A stretch of DNA of 63,443 nucleotides, taken from a virus (lineage: Duplodnaviria; Caudoviricetes). This document shows, in pieces, positions 8,791 to 18,884 of the stretch. The notes under the pieces were generated by a model that worked only from the letters and a program-made list of their open reading frames with translations, had not been told where the DNA came from and searched no databases. Numbering within the stretch: position 1 is the first letter of the stretch; every line of letters starts with the position of its first letter. Where the stretch lies: IMG/VR virus record IMGVR_UViG_3300005253_000516, positions 1 through 63,443 of that record; one strand, given 5' to 3'. Position numbers and translations under genes: made by a program.

Positions 8791-9168
8791 ATGAGCCGTT
8801 GGGAAAACGAAACGTGCATACAATTGTATGACACCCTTGGGTCCTTTCAGTTTTTCGACAGGGCGGTGGCCTGTGTCGTCTCTTCTGACCTTGCGGTCTG
8901 TGCAGGCGATGAGTATTGCGAAGCTCTTGTGCGCACGTGGAAAGATGGGCTTTATAGCCTGTTTGGCAGAGAGTTTAGTCACGTGGATTTGGCTGACGAG
9001 CTATGGGTTTCGGTAGCAGACAAGGAACTAAGCTTGATTCTGTTCTGGGGAGAAGACCGCGAGGCATGTATCCAGGTTGCGCATAAAGATGACTACGTGA
9101 TCGCGCTATATGCGTCCAAGGGGCGGCTGCGCGGACTGGTAGAGCGTGCGAAAGAGGAAAGCGTTTGA
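8791..9168 (+). CDS. Hypothetical protein
   Basis: GAGG RBS; last gene of the rightward run. Confidence 0.55.
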   Translation: MSRWENETCIQLYDTLGSFQFFDRAVACVVSSDLAVCAGDEYCEALVRTWKDGLYSLFGREFSHVDLADELWVSVADKELSLILFWGEDREACIQVAHKDDYVIALYASKGRLRGLVERAKEESV

Positions 9169-9192
9169 TGCCCTTGGTGCCAACTTGGATGT

Positions 9193-9459
9193 TCATTGGG
9201 GCTTGCTCCACTGGTAGCGAATGGCGTCGTAGGCGGCCTTGCGAGCGGCGGGGAGCCGAAACTGGCAGGTGCCCATGATCTGTTTGAATTCGGAAAACGG
9301 AGAGCCGTCGCCGTACCATTGCGTAGTTGATTTGACGTACTGCCAGAGACCGTCGCCGACTGGATTTGTGCGGTAGCGAGAGGGTCCAGAGTCGCCTGTG
9401 AGGGCGAACTCCCAGCCGGCGTCACCGTAACGCGTGAGGCGAATCTTGAGCTTTACCAT
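9193..9459 (-). CDS. Hypothetical protein (leftward early operon)
   Basis: GGAGG RBS, overlaps the preceding gene. Confidence 0.65.
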   Translation of the reverse strand: MVKLKIRLTRYGDAGWEFALTGDSGPSRYRTNPVGDGLWQYVKSTTQWYGDGSPFSEFKQIMGTCQFRLPAARKAAYDAIRYQWSKPQ

Positions 9460-9671
9460 GCATCCTCCATACGATCATAGCAATCCGGGCACGAGCTGCC
9501 TGAGCTGGTGGACATCACCAGTTTTCGCAGGTACCAGTGGCCGCAGTCACATTTCATGCGCTCGCCACGTGGCTGCGGCTGCAAATGCTCTGCCTCTAGT
9601 TTGTCGAGGGGCGAGCTCTCCGGCGCTTGCCCCAGTTCGCCGATACCGAACCCGCTCGTTTTGTTCGTCAC
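9453..9671 (-). CDS. Small Zn-finger protein
   Basis: CDCGH..CPDCYD. Confidence 0.65.
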   Translation of the reverse strand: MTNKTSGFGIGELGQAPESSPLDKLEAEHLQPQPRGERMKCDCGHWYLRKLVMSTSSGSSCPDCYDRMEDAW

Positions 9672-10021
9672 TAGCTCATCTCCTCATACTGCTCGATGTG
9701 CATCACCAGGCCGCCTCTGGTGTCGCGGTAGTAGTTCGTGTAGCCTCTGTAGTATCCCAGGTTGTAGGCCGACTCGCTGCGCTCTTCCGAGTAGTCCAGC
9801 TCGCAGGCTGCGTCGAGTCTGCCCTGGCCCATGCCTCGCGCATACTCGGGATCACTCTTCATCGCCGCCAGTGTCGCGTCTCGCATTTTCATGCCCAGGC
9901 GGCGGCCGCTCAGCCCTTTGCTCTTGAGATGCGTGCGGGTGGAGGCAAGGCTGGCCTCGCGCTCTTCGGCTGTTTTCGCCCAGTTCTGATCTTTTTGGCT
10001 GAGTGTGTATCTGAGCCTCAT
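9671..10021 (-). CDS. Hypothetical protein, first gene of the leftward operon
   Basis: AGAGGAG RBS before ATG at 10021; Y..GY..GY repeats. Confidence 0.65.
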   Translation of the reverse strand: MRLRYTLSQKDQNWAKTAEEREASLASTRTHLKSKGLSGRRLGMKMRDATLAAMKSDPEYARGMGQGRLDAACELDYSEERSESAYNLGYYRGYTNYYRDTRGGLVMHIEQYEEMS

Positions 10022-10069
10022 CGTTCTCTCCTCTGCGCGTTCCCGTTTCTCACGTTTTCCACTAACCCC

Positions 10070-10098
10070 AGTGTACACGAGATAGCAGGCAATGTCAA
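10070..10098 (-). promoter_or_regulatory. Leftward sigma70 promoter
   Basis: TTGACA-17 nt-TACACT on the minus strand; spacer contains ATCTCGTG. Confidence 0.75.
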
Positions 10099-10149
10099 GC
10101 GTTTTGGAGACGAGTTTCGGGGTTTTGGGGAAACTCGTATGGTGATGAT

Positions 10150-10749
10150 GTGAGCGATCCCTGGGACCGCCAACGCGACGAGAATGGCGAACTCGAGCCG
10201 TCACTCTGGTGGATCCGTTTCGATGCGTATAGAGCGCAAAGCTCTGGTCGGTCAGTGGCCCAAGGCTATCGGGACTGGCGCGACGCAAAAGGTTATGCAA
10301 AGCTGCGGCATTCGGGCTATCCGAGCTCTTGGGTGCGCGCTTCTAATCGTTGGAACTGGAAAGAGCGCGCCGAAGCCTGGGACGAACACCGGCGCCAGCT
10401 AGATTACATCGCAGAGCAGGCCCAGCATGACGAGATGCGCAAGCGGCATGCCGACATCGGCAAGGCTCTACAGGGCGTTGGGGCGAAGGCGCTGATGCGG
10501 TTTCAGAGAAACGAAAGCGCAGAGCTAGAACCTGCCGACGCCCGCCTCTACCTCAAAGACGGCATCGGCATAGAGCGCACCGCGCGCGGCCTGCCGGTCG
10601 AATTGGTAGCTCTCTACAACATGAGCGACGAGGAACTACAAAAGGAACATGAGTGTATCAATAAGACCCTCACCGGCGTTGCTCCGTCGCAAGATGGCGA
10701 TAGAAGCGATAATGCTGGAGAGGGGCCTGACGCCGACGCCGCCGACTGA
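10150..10749 (+). CDS. Terminase small subunit (putative)
   Basis: PWDRQ..F.AYR..RS..W.W.ERA.AWD motif; immediately upstream of TerL. Confidence 0.7.
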   Translation: MSDPWDRQRDENGELEPSLWWIRFDAYRAQSSGRSVAQGYRDWRDAKGYAKLRHSGYPSSWVRASNRWNWKERAEAWDEHRRQLDYIAEQAQHDEMRKRHADIGKALQGVGAKALMRFQRNESAELEPADARLYLKDGIGIERTARGLPVELVALYNMSDEELQKEHECINKTLTGVAPSQDGDRSDNAGEGPDADAAD

Positions 10750-12250
10750 CCGCTACAGGGAGTGGGCGCTGAGGTACAAAGACGACTTTGCTGGATTCGC
10801 CCGCGACTGTATTCGCTTCCCTCGGGGGCAGTGGTTGGGGGACTATCAGGCCGAGATCTTGGGCGCCTTTACAGATCATGATAAAATCTCGGCACGCGGG
10901 ACACGTGGTCTCGGGAAAACCGCCATTGCGGCGATAGCCGCGCATGCGTTTGCATTGACTCGGGATGGCCTTGGCATACCCTGGAAGATTCCCACAAGCG
11001 CATCAAACGCCCGGCAGCTAATCCGTTATCTTTGGCCAGAGATTCGGTTGTGGGCGCCACGCATTCGCTGGGGCATGGTAGGGCGCAAGTCCTATAATCC
11101 CAGAACCGAGTTGCTGAAAACGAGCTTGAACTTGGAACATGGCCAGGCCTATACGGTCGTTGCGCCTACAAATCGAGAGGAGGGCACTGAGGGCGCGCAC
11201 GCTGAGGAGGTACTGCTAATCTATGACGAAGCGAAAGAAATCTCAGACGCGATGTTTGACGCTTCGGAAGGCATCTTCTCAACTGGCAATGGTAAGTGGT
11301 TCGTCATATCGACACCTGGCGCGCCAGTGGGCCGATTCTACGCTATTCACAGCAAAAAGCCCGGCTACGAGAAATGGTGGACGCGACATGTGAGCTGGCA
11401 AGAAGCTGTCGCCGCTGGTAGAATCAAGCAATCCTGGGTTGACGATATGCGCCTGGCCTGGGGTGAGGATTCTGTGCTATTCAAGCGCCAGGTACTAGGC
11501 GAGTTCGCCGCGCAGTCAGAGGACAGCATCATCCCGCTAGCCTGGGTCGAGGCGGCAATGGACCGATGGGAAGAGGACGACGGGCCTATCACAGCGATCG
11601 GCGTCGACGTGGGCAACGGTGGCGACCTATCGGTGATCGCGTGCGTGCGTGGCAAATGCGTTGCCGAGCTGCAAAAGATCGCCGTCGCGGCGGATCCGGC
11701 AACGTCAACGATGGGGCTCGCTGGCATCGTCGGGGGCCTGATTAACAAGCACAACCGCTTCGACTATAATGATCCGCGCAACCTGGCGAAACGGACGTTC
11801 ATCGATTCGATAGGCATAGGCGCGGGCGTTGTCCACCGGCTGCGTGAGATGGGCTACCCCGTCTCGGCGTTCAACGCTGCGCTGGGCACGACGCTGAAAG
11901 ACGAGGCGGGTCTGCTAGGATTTGCCAACTGGCGGGCGGCCGGATGGTGGACGATGCGTGAGTTGTTGGATCCGGCGCACAAAGTCAACTTAGCGCTGCC
12001 CGACGATGACGACTTGAAAGCGGAGCTCACGGCACCACGGGTGAAACGCATCACGAGTGAGGAGAAACGCCTAGTCGAGAGCAAAGCCGAGCTGCTCAAA
12101 GCCAACAGGTTGGGCCGCTCGACGGACTGCGCCGACGCGGTGATTCACGCGCTAGTGGGGCCGGTGTTGCTGGCTGAGTGGGAGCGCGCCGAGGGGCCGC
12201 CAGAGGAGAGGGTGGTGTACGAACCGTATGAGATGCCGAAGAGGTGGTAG
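10694..12250 (+). CDS. terL: Terminase large subunit
   Basis: Walker A GTRGLGKT, Walker B LIYDEA, ISTP, nuclease IGVDVG..D and RSTDCADA. Confidence 0.92.
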   Translation: MAIEAIMLERGLTPTPPTDRYREWALRYKDDFAGFARDCIRFPRGQWLGDYQAEILGAFTDHDKISARGTRGLGKTAIAAIAAHAFALTRDGLGIPWKIPTSASNARQLIRYLWPEIRLWAPRIRWGMVGRKSYNPRTELLKTSLNLEHGQAYTVVAPTNREEGTEGAHAEEVLLIYDEAKEISDAMFDASEGIFSTGNGKWFVISTPGAPVGRFYAIHSKKPGYEKWWTRHVSWQEAVAAGRIKQSWVDDMRLAWGEDSVLFKRQVLGEFAAQSEDSIIPLAWVEAAMDRWEEDDGPITAIGVDVGNGGDLSVIACVRGKCVAELQKIAVAADPATSTMGLAGIVGGLINKHNRFDYNDPRNLAKRTFIDSIGIGAGVVHRLREMGYPVSAFNAALGTTLKDEAGLLGFANWRAAGWWTMRELLDPAHKVNLALPDDDDLKAELTAPRVKRITSEEKRLVESKAELLKANRLGRSTDCADAVIHALVGPVLLAEWERAEGPPEERVVYEPYEMPKRW

Positions 12251-12456
12251 AGATGGGGAAAGTTTGGGAGACGAAATTCACCCCAGAGGGGGAGCGCCGC
12301 ATGGTGTACCTAGAGGAAAAACTAGGCCTCTCCCGGGGCGACGTGGTAGAGCGAGCGCTAACCTACTATCGCGCCTTGTGGGATGAAAAAGACAAAGGCG
12401 CAACGGTGGTGTTCCATTATGAGGGGAGCGAACTGAGAGAGTTGGTGATTCGCTAG
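12244..12456 (+). CDS. Small RHH-like DNA-binding protein
   Basis: L.EKLGLSRGDVVERAL pattern. Confidence 0.55.
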   Translation: MVEMGKVWETKFTPEGERRMVYLEEKLGLSRGDVVERALTYYRALWDEKDKGATVVFHYEGSELRELVIR

Positions 12457-12477
12457 GCGATGCCGAGGAGGTGGTAA

Positions 12478-12624
12478 GTGGGGATTTTGTGTTTCTTTGG
12501 ATTCCATTGGTGGCGACGTTCGTCGGGCGCATTCCGAGAATATCGCGTTTGCCGGGGCTGTAAGAGAATAGAATGGCGGGAACGACCAAGCAAAATATGG
12601 AAGCCATTGACCCTGTTATGGTGA
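12478..12624 (+). CDS. 48-aa Cys/His protein (DUF1660-like)
   Basis: LCFFGFHWW..VCRGC; GGAGG upstream; below the ORF-track length cutoff. Confidence 0.55.
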   Translation: MGILCFFGFHWWRRSSGAFREYRVCRGCKRIEWRERPSKIWKPLTLLW

Positions 12625-12671
12625 GGCTAGCATTGGCCGGGGTGGTCTATGCAATACCAAGGAGGTGATAG

Positions 12672-13082
12672 GTGAGTGACCGACACATTGAGGCGATTCC
12701 GGAGCGATGGATAACGTATACGTACAGGACGAGTGACGAGAATGAGTTGCAAGTTTGTATGGCAAGGAACCCCAAGTATCTATCGGGTGAGGAGAGAGTG
12801 TTTTGGGAGGCAACACACGACGATGACGATCCCCCGCGCACCCATCCTATTGCGGTATCGCTGATTCATCCTAGATGCCCGGCGCAGGGGCCTATAGCGC
12901 CCGAGGGCCACGTACAGATTGAGTTTCTACTGACCGAGGCCGCCGCCGATGACTTGGTGATTCGGTTAGCCAGAGGACTCCAGATGTGGCGAGGCGAGCT
13001 AACCGTTGAGCAGTCGATAGCTGCTATCCCAGAAGACAGCGCCAAGGCAAAGGCCGCGAGGGAATTGAGAGAGGAGGGGTGA
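12672..13082 (+). CDS. Hypothetical protein
   Basis: AAGGAGGTG RBS. Confidence 0.6.
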   Translation: MSDRHIEAIPERWITYTYRTSDENELQVCMARNPKYLSGEERVFWEATHDDDDPPRTHPIAVSLIHPRCPAQGPIAPEGHVQIEFLLTEAAADDLVIRLARGLQMWRGELTVEQSIAAIPEDSAKAKAARELREEG

Positions 13083-13273
13083 TGACTGAGACAGAGGTAA
13101 CTATAAACGCCTCCGACGTGGCGGTATCCGTGACAACGCACGCGCGGCTTGGGGCGAGCGAATGGCAAGTGCGTCTCTGGCTAGGTTGGCAGTTTGTGAT
13201 GCTAGCGGCGCGTATTCTGGCGCATGGTGTTACCCTCGGCTTTGGCGAGGATGAAGGGAGGACCGATGTCTGA
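13079..13273 (+). CDS. Hypothetical protein
   Basis: Coupled ORF with GGAGG RBS. Confidence 0.55.
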   Translation: MMTETEVTINASDVAVSVTTHARLGASEWQVRLWLGWQFVMLAARILAHGVTLGFGEDEGRTDV

Positions 13274-13616
13274 GACAGAGGCCACGTACAAGACAGAGGA
13301 GTGCCTGCCCGAGTGCGAGACGGGCAGCGTTGAGAGGATGCTAGAGGCGGCGATGGCGTGGAATCGGGGCATTGCCAGCGACATGGTATTCGATATGGCG
13401 CCGCATGATGTACGGCTGCTGAGAGACAGGCAGGATAGCCAGACGAAGCTCTTGCGCAACATCCTGGCGAAGATACGCGGTAGCGTTAAGGCATCCGTTG
13501 TTGCTCGCGGAGAACATGAGCAGAGATGTCCGCAATGCAATGCTGATATTGGCGTATTGACGCAACTCTATAATCTGGAGCTGAAATACATACCGGAGCA
13601 CACAACACACGGGTAG
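13266..13616 (+). CDS. Hypothetical protein
   Basis: GGAGG RBS, CPQC motif. Confidence 0.55.
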   Translation: MSETEATYKTEECLPECETGSVERMLEAAMAWNRGIASDMVFDMAPHDVRLLRDRQDSQTKLLRNILAKIRGSVKASVVARGEHEQRCPQCNADIGVLTQLYNLELKYIPEHTTHG

Positions 13617-13630
13617 CAGAAAGAGGCTAA

Positions 13631-15283
13631 ATGCCGAGCTTAAAAGAGAACGTCCGAAACCTATTCCCTGGCCCGAGGATGCGCAGCGCGTTTGAGCAAG
13701 CGCGTCAACGCGCTGAGGACATCGCTGGCGTGCTAGATGACGTGTTCACGCACCGCGCCTACTATCTCACCGGCGAGCAGGACATGAAAGCCGAGGAGCT
13801 GGACTCACGGGCCCTTGCCAACCTGCGACGGCGTAGCCAATGGATCCCCATCACGGGGGGCCAGGCCGACGATCAAGACGAGGCCTTGCGCCGCGATGAA
13901 ATCGTGCCCATCTCTCGCAGAATGCAGCGTTGGGACCCCCTCACCAAGCGCATCGTCGCTACCTGGACCGACTTCGGCTTTGGCCAGGACGTTCTCATAA
14001 TGCCGGAGGCCGACGACGTAAAAAAGTGGTGGTCCGAGTACTGGACGGCCCTGCGCAATAGGCCGATTCTTGGCGCGCGCGAGCTGCACAAGCTGTCGGA
14101 CAAAACGTTAGTCGACGGTGAGTTCTTTTTCGTCTATTTCACTGATCGGAACACCGGTCAGGTGACGACGCGCACTATCGATACGCTAGAGATCACTGAG
14201 TTCATCACTCTGCCAAGCGATAATCAGACCGTGCTATACTACAAGCGCCAGTGGCAAGAGGGCGACCTTGCGAAACAGAAGACGGTCTACTACCCCCACT
14301 GGCTAGCGACAGACGAGCAGCTAGCCAAGGCGGACTTGCCCAAAGATGCCGCGCTTGCCCAAGAGCAAGATAACGGCATTGACAAAGAAGATGACACCAT
14401 CGACGTAGACATGATGCAGGTCGCGCTCACCTCGCAGACAAAGCGTGGCTGGCCTTTAATGGCCGCGAGTCAGGACTGGAACCGGGCATACATCGACTTT
14501 TTGCAGAACCGCGCTGCCGTCGCGCGCTCCGTGGCTACCTACGTGGACCGCGTGAGCGTGGACGGCGGGTCTCGGGCAGTAACTTCATTCACGAATCTCT
14601 TGCAGTCAAGCCTAGTGACCGATCCCGACTCAGGGGAAACGAACCCTGTGCCAGCGGCGGCCTCTATGGCTATCACGAATAAGGCGGTCAAGTGGGACCG
14701 TTTCAATATGAGCAGCGGGGCGCAGGACGCCAAGGCGGATGGGGCAATGCTGTTCAACATGGTGGGCATCGGGGCCGGGCTGTTCCCGCACTGGCTTGGG
14801 ATGGGGGAAAGCTTCCGGTTGGCTACCGCTAGCGCTATGGAAACCCCGACTCTCCGCAACTTTGAGCGGTATCAGCGCTTCTGGCAATCCGTCTGGCAAG
14901 ACATGTACGACCACGTGCTAGCCATGGCGGAGAAGCACGGCGGTCAGAACTTCCAGGAAAAGGGCGTCGAGATCGCGCTGGATCCGCTACTGCAGACGAA
15001 CCTTTCTGAGTTGGCAACGGCCATCGAACAAGTGAAGGACGTCCCCGAGATTGCGTTGCCCCCGAAAGAGCTCACCAGGCTATTCCTGCAGGCGCTCAAG
15101 ATCGAGGACGTGGAAGATTTCATCGCCAAAGAGTTCCCCGAGGATGACGCCGGCCAGGAACGCGCCGCGGTGAAAGTGGCAGATCTGGCGGCGATGCGAG
15201 AGCTAATAGCAGAGGCGGCGAATGGGGGCGGCCCCGAAGCGTTGCGGATGGTAGGCGAGGCGTTCTTGGATTCGCTGGGGTAG
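13631..15283 (+). CDS. Portal protein
   Basis: 550 aa downstream of TerL; DPL..RIV..DF.FG, LVDGEFF, RGWP, P.HWLG..LATA..ME.P. Confidence 0.85.
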   Translation: MPSLKENVRNLFPGPRMRSAFEQARQRAEDIAGVLDDVFTHRAYYLTGEQDMKAEELDSRALANLRRRSQWIPITGGQADDQDEALRRDEIVPISRRMQRWDPLTKRIVATWTDFGFGQDVLIMPEADDVKKWWSEYWTALRNRPILGARELHKLSDKTLVDGEFFFVYFTDRNTGQVTTRTIDTLEITEFITLPSDNQTVLYYKRQWQEGDLAKQKTVYYPHWLATDEQLAKADLPKDAALAQEQDNGIDKEDDTIDVDMMQVALTSQTKRGWPLMAASQDWNRAYIDFLQNRAAVARSVATYVDRVSVDGGSRAVTSFTNLLQSSLVTDPDSGETNPVPAAASMAITNKAVKWDRFNMSSGAQDAKADGAMLFNMVGIGAGLFPHWLGMGESFRLATASAMETPTLRNFERYQRFWQSVWQDMYDHVLAMAEKHGGQNFQEKGVEIALDPLLQTNLSELATAIEQVKDVPEIALPPKELTRLFLQALKIEDVEDFIAKEFPEDDAGQERAAVKVADLAAMRELIAEAANGGGPEALRMVGEAFLDSLG

Positions 15284-15291
15284 GAGGGGAG

Positions 15292-15486
15292 ATGGTTCGT
15301 CGATTCTTTCGCTGGCTTTGGTGCCAGATAGCAGGGCATCATCTGTTTGGCTCCTCAGAGTGGCGTACTGATGGCATACACTGCCGCTATTGTGATTGGA
15401 CCAGGAGCGCTGCCAAGTGCGACGCGATACTGCATCGCCCTCCTGGGACTTGGGCGTGGTTCATTGAACGGCGGAATAATGCCTAG
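15292..15486 (+). CDS. Small Cys/His protein (DUF1660-like)
   Basis: WLWCQIAGH..HCRYC. Confidence 0.6.
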   Translation: MVRRFFRWLWCQIAGHHLFGSSEWRTDGIHCRYCDWTRSAAKCDAILHRPPGTWAWFIERRNNA

Positions 15487-15746
15487 CATCTCTCCCGTAG
15501 ACACGGCTGTATTCGCCCGCGTCGCGCCTGAGTTCGCCGAGGCCGTCGCGCGGTGCCAGAAGGATCGGTTGTTGAGCGGCATCAAAGTTCGCCGCATGGC
15601 CACGCAGATTCAAACGTATTTCGACATGGCGGGGATCAAAGACGGCGACATTTACTCCTTGCACTGGGACGGGATCGTGTTGGTCATGGGTGCGATGTAC
15701 ACGCTGGGAATCGAGAAGGGGCGGAGGAGCAAGGGGAGGAGAAAGC

Positions 15747-16292
15747 GTGGCTAAAACGATAGCCTACTCATGCGATAGCCGACGATGCGGCAACCGTTGC
15801 GAGAACGGCGACGATGGGTGGCACGAGTGGACATGGCGCGTGTTGCTGGAAGGGCAGGAAGTAGAAGCGACCGTCCACTTTTGCTCTCTTGGCTGTTTCA
15901 AGGCTTACATGGACAACTCGGGCTTTGTGGCTTGCAATGACGGAGAGAAACACTGGCAAACTTGGGTGTGGGATGCGCTGGACACCAATTGCAGAATGCG
16001 CGAGAGGGATCGTTGGTACACAGAGAACGAGTACGACGTGGTGTTGCTAGAGGTCGGGCCGAATCGAATCCAGGTAATGAAAGCGGTGAGGGACTTAACT
16101 GGCGCAGGATTGCGAGAGACGAAAGAAATGGTGGAGAACACGCCGTCAAAGATTATCGAAGCTGCCCAGCTCGTCCAAGCAGGCATGGCAGTGCATCGCA
16201 TTGCCGCACAAGGCGGCATCGCCACCCTGCTCACGTATCCGATGCGCTGGACGGCTGTGACAAGAGATGATCTGCCGATAGCATACGCGTAG
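15747..16292 (+). CDS. Zn-finger fused to a ribosomal protein bL12 (L7/L12) C-terminal-like domain
   Basis: CD..C..HFCSLGC, then YDVVLLEVGPNRIQVMKAVRDLTGAGLRETKEMVENTP. Confidence 0.8.
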   Translation: MAKTIAYSCDSRRCGNRCENGDDGWHEWTWRVLLEGQEVEATVHFCSLGCFKAYMDNSGFVACNDGEKHWQTWVWDALDTNCRMRERDRWYTENEYDVVLLEVGPNRIQVMKAVRDLTGAGLRETKEMVENTPSKIIEAAQLVQAGMAVHRIAAQGGIATLLTYPMRWTAVTRDDLPIAYA

Positions 16293-16301
16293 GGGGAAGA
16301 G

Positions 16302-16529
16302 GTGACAGTCTGTGAAACATTCACTTGCGACAGGGCGGGATGCGGAGCCACGAAACAGGAACCGCTACGGTCGCCCGATGTAGCCATGGGGCAATCGTTG
16401 CCAGTAGGTTGGATATGTTGGCCTCATACCGACCCGGACTTGCACTTTTGCTCAATGGCGTGTTTGGAATTGTTCCAGGACTATACCGAATATGCTGAGG
16501 AGAGTATGGCGCGGTCAAAGCAGCTATGA
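16302..16529 (+). CDS. Small Zn-finger protein (TRASH/MYM-like)
   Basis: FTCDRAGC..HFCSMAC. Confidence 0.65.
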   Translation: MTVCETFTCDRAGCGATKQEPLRSPDVAMGQSLPVGWICWPHTDPDLHFCSMACLELFQDYTEYAEESMARSKQL

Positions 16530-16873
16530 CAATCCGGCAAGAGTTCATCTGTGATCGGAAGGGCTGCCCATCTCGAAAGGAGACAAAAAGCAGCGAGGAA
16601 ATCTGGCTTGAACTTGGGGCCTATGACGGAGCTCATCAATTCTGCTCTGTGCTGTGCCTCTCTGCATGGCTGGACGCTATGCCGCCAGCCGCAGACCCTT
16701 CGCTAGGCGTCGTGTTCACGTGTGACCAATGCGAGAAAGCGATTCTGCTAAAGCCCGGCGAGGAATGGCCAGTGTGGGTAGAGATCAAAGTTGCGGCTGC
16801 GCCATTCCGCAAAGGCTTTTGCTCGAAGGGGTGTCTAGGCAAATACCTAGACTGGCTGCGATCAGATGAATAG
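16526..16873 (+). CDS. Tandem Zn-finger protein
   Basis: Two CD..C / FCS..C units. Confidence 0.65.
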   Translation: MTIRQEFICDRKGCPSRKETKSSEEIWLELGAYDGAHQFCSVLCLSAWLDAMPPAADPSLGVVFTCDQCEKAILLKPGEEWPVWVEIKVAAAPFRKGFCSKGCLGKYLDWLRSDE

Positions 16874-17693
16874 CCCCCTCCGCGCCGCCGTGCGCTACGC
16901 CTGGCTGGGTTGGCGCAATGACCTCGTCGACACGCTGACGGGCTATGGCGTAGACGAGCACCGGGCCGCCGCGCTGGCGAGCTGGGTGGCGCTCAACACG
17001 CAAGAGCACGGCGGGAAACTGAGCGAGTGCCTGCGGGAATGCAACGACCTGGTGGCGTTTGGCGGCGGTACGCATGTGGAGTTTGCCGAGGCGCAGCTAG
17101 AGGAGCAGTCTAGGCGGAGAGCAGATTTCCGTCTCAGTTTGCGAGCCGCAGCGCGAGGAATCTGGACCGGGCAACTTTCTGCGAATGCTGCGCGAAATAC
17201 AATGCTCCTGGCCATTCACCGTCGCTATACCAATGCCTGGCACGAAGGGATGCGACGGGTAGGATTAAAACCAGAGGACATGACTGTAGTAGAAGCGATG
17301 GCCCTGAATACCGCTATTCTGTCTGCGGGTAGGCATGTAACGCGTTTCGTGGCATGGGCGGAAATGAGAACGCGCGCGGACGGCGTGTTGCTTAGGACTC
17401 TCTGGCCGCGAGTTGAGACATGGATAAATGGCTATGATGCTGTCGTGAATCGGGCGACGGCGATGGCGGGGAAGGATGAGAAGCTAGAATGGAGGCTGGG
17501 TGTTGCTGAGCATTGTTCGAGTTGTTTGCGGTTGAATGGCAAAGTTAAGCGGGCTTCATGGTGGGCCAGTAATGGTATATTGCCGAGGCAACCCAATGCT
17601 AGTTATCTGGTGTGCCGTGGATTCAACTGCAAGTGTGTTTTATTGTCAACTGAAAAGCCGCTCAGCAGGGGGCGAATGCCTAAGCTGCCGTAG
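16866..17693 (+). CDS. Minor head morphogenesis protein (Mu gpF-like)
   Basis: C-terminal W.LG..EHC..C..LNG..C.G.NC.C. Confidence 0.7.
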   Translation: MNSPLRAAVRYAWLGWRNDLVDTLTGYGVDEHRAAALASWVALNTQEHGGKLSECLRECNDLVAFGGGTHVEFAEAQLEEQSRRRADFRLSLRAAARGIWTGQLSANAARNTMLLAIHRRYTNAWHEGMRRVGLKPEDMTVVEAMALNTAILSAGRHVTRFVAWAEMRTRADGVLLRTLWPRVETWINGYDAVVNRATAMAGKDEKLEWRLGVAEHCSSCLRLNGKVKRASWWASNGILPRQPNASYLVCRGFNCKCVLLSTEKPLSRGRMPKLP

Positions 17694-18459
17694 GAGTTGG
17701 ACAAGGAACGGAGCCCTTCTCTACTAGTCTGTGACATGTTCTGCACAGCGCAATGAGGTTAGACAGTTGATTCGCAGATTCCCAATCGCCGCCAAGATCC
17801 TTTACCTTGCGGATATGATGAATGTCCAGAATCGTGTCACCGCCAGAACGGTAGCCGCAGACTTGGCAAGCATGTCCATCGCGACGAACGGCCTTGCGCC
17901 GTTGGCTATGCCAATTGGGGCCATAGTCAATCAGGGTGGCAGTGCCCCCTGTCCAGTGAGGATTGTTGGAGCCGCGGATGTCAATAGAACGCTGAGCTCC
18001 CCGGCACACATTAGAGCAAAAGCGAGTGTTGCGTTTCTCAACGAATATCTTGTGGACGGTGTAGGCTTTGCTGCAATAGTCGCATGGCTTTGTGATGTAG
18101 CTCTCCGGGCGGCGAGCGCTCGGCTTGGGCTGAATGGCCGCGAACTTGTTGGCACAATGCTGGCAGCAAAAACGACGCTTGCGATAGGTGTAATGGTCAA
18201 ACTGTGTTTCGCACCATTCACAAACGAAGATGGAATGCTTGGTGGGGTCGCGATCGATCCAGCCGTGCGCAAGCCGACAAGCCTTGGAACAGAAACGGCG
18301 CCCGGGGTAGTTCTCGATAAATGGAGCGCCGCACTCTTCACAGGGCTTGGATCGCTTCTTGGTTTTGCGAGCGCTCTCATAGCAAGCTCGGTTACAATAT
18401 TTCTGCCGCTTGTCTTCTGTCTCATATTCAACGCCACAGCGCACGCATGTCTTTTGCAC
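17680..18459 (-). CDS. HNH endonuclease with multiple Zn-ribbon repeats, antisense to the structural genes
   Basis: Repeated C..C..(Y/F)C...C; RDGHACQVCG..IHHI..NLIALCRTCH; GGAGGG RBS before GTG 18459. Confidence 0.88.
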   Translation of the reverse strand: MQKTCVRCGVEYETEDKRQKYCNRACYESARKTKKRSKPCEECGAPFIENYPGRRFCSKACRLAHGWIDRDPTKHSIFVCEWCETQFDHYTYRKRRFCCQHCANKFAAIQPKPSARRPESYITKPCDYCSKAYTVHKIFVEKRNTRFCSNVCRGAQRSIDIRGSNNPHWTGGTATLIDYGPNWHSQRRKAVRRDGHACQVCGYRSGGDTILDIHHIRKVKDLGGDWESANQLSNLIALCRTCHRLVEKGSVPCPTPTAA

Positions 18460-18476
18460 CGGTCCCTCCAAACAGA

Positions 18477-18607
18477 ACACCCCGTTGGCCGTCTCCGCTC
18501 TGTTGTCGAGGCAGCGCGGTGGCCAACGGGATGAACGTCAGATTATAAGAGCTTTGGATGCGCCGCCTCGACAATGGTAGTATAGCATAGTGACGATTGG
18601 TTCGCAA
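18477..18607 (-). promoter_or_regulatory. Promoter plus A-B-A'-B' leader of the leftward HNH gene
   Basis: TTGCGA-17-TATACT (extended TG); 15-nt complementarity between 18560-18574 and 18503-18517 crosses the hairpin 18521-18530/18481-18490. Confidence 0.7.
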
Positions 18608-18884
18608 GATGCGACAGGAGGAAACATAATGATGCGGTTTCGGTGTTGGCTAATCCGGTTGTTGGCGGGCAAGGACTTGATAATGCTCAACGCGTCGCGG
18701 AAAGAAGATGGCTCAATCTCGGCGGCCAATCCAGGCACAGGCGGTGACATCATAATGGGATGTGTCTTCCACGCAATGGGGTCCTGCTTTGAGGTAGTGG
18801 ATGGGGAGCTGGCATTGGTAGCGCTTCGTCCGAACGACGCCCCCAGCCCTGGCCTGACGCCTAGCTCGTCATAGAGAGGAGACA

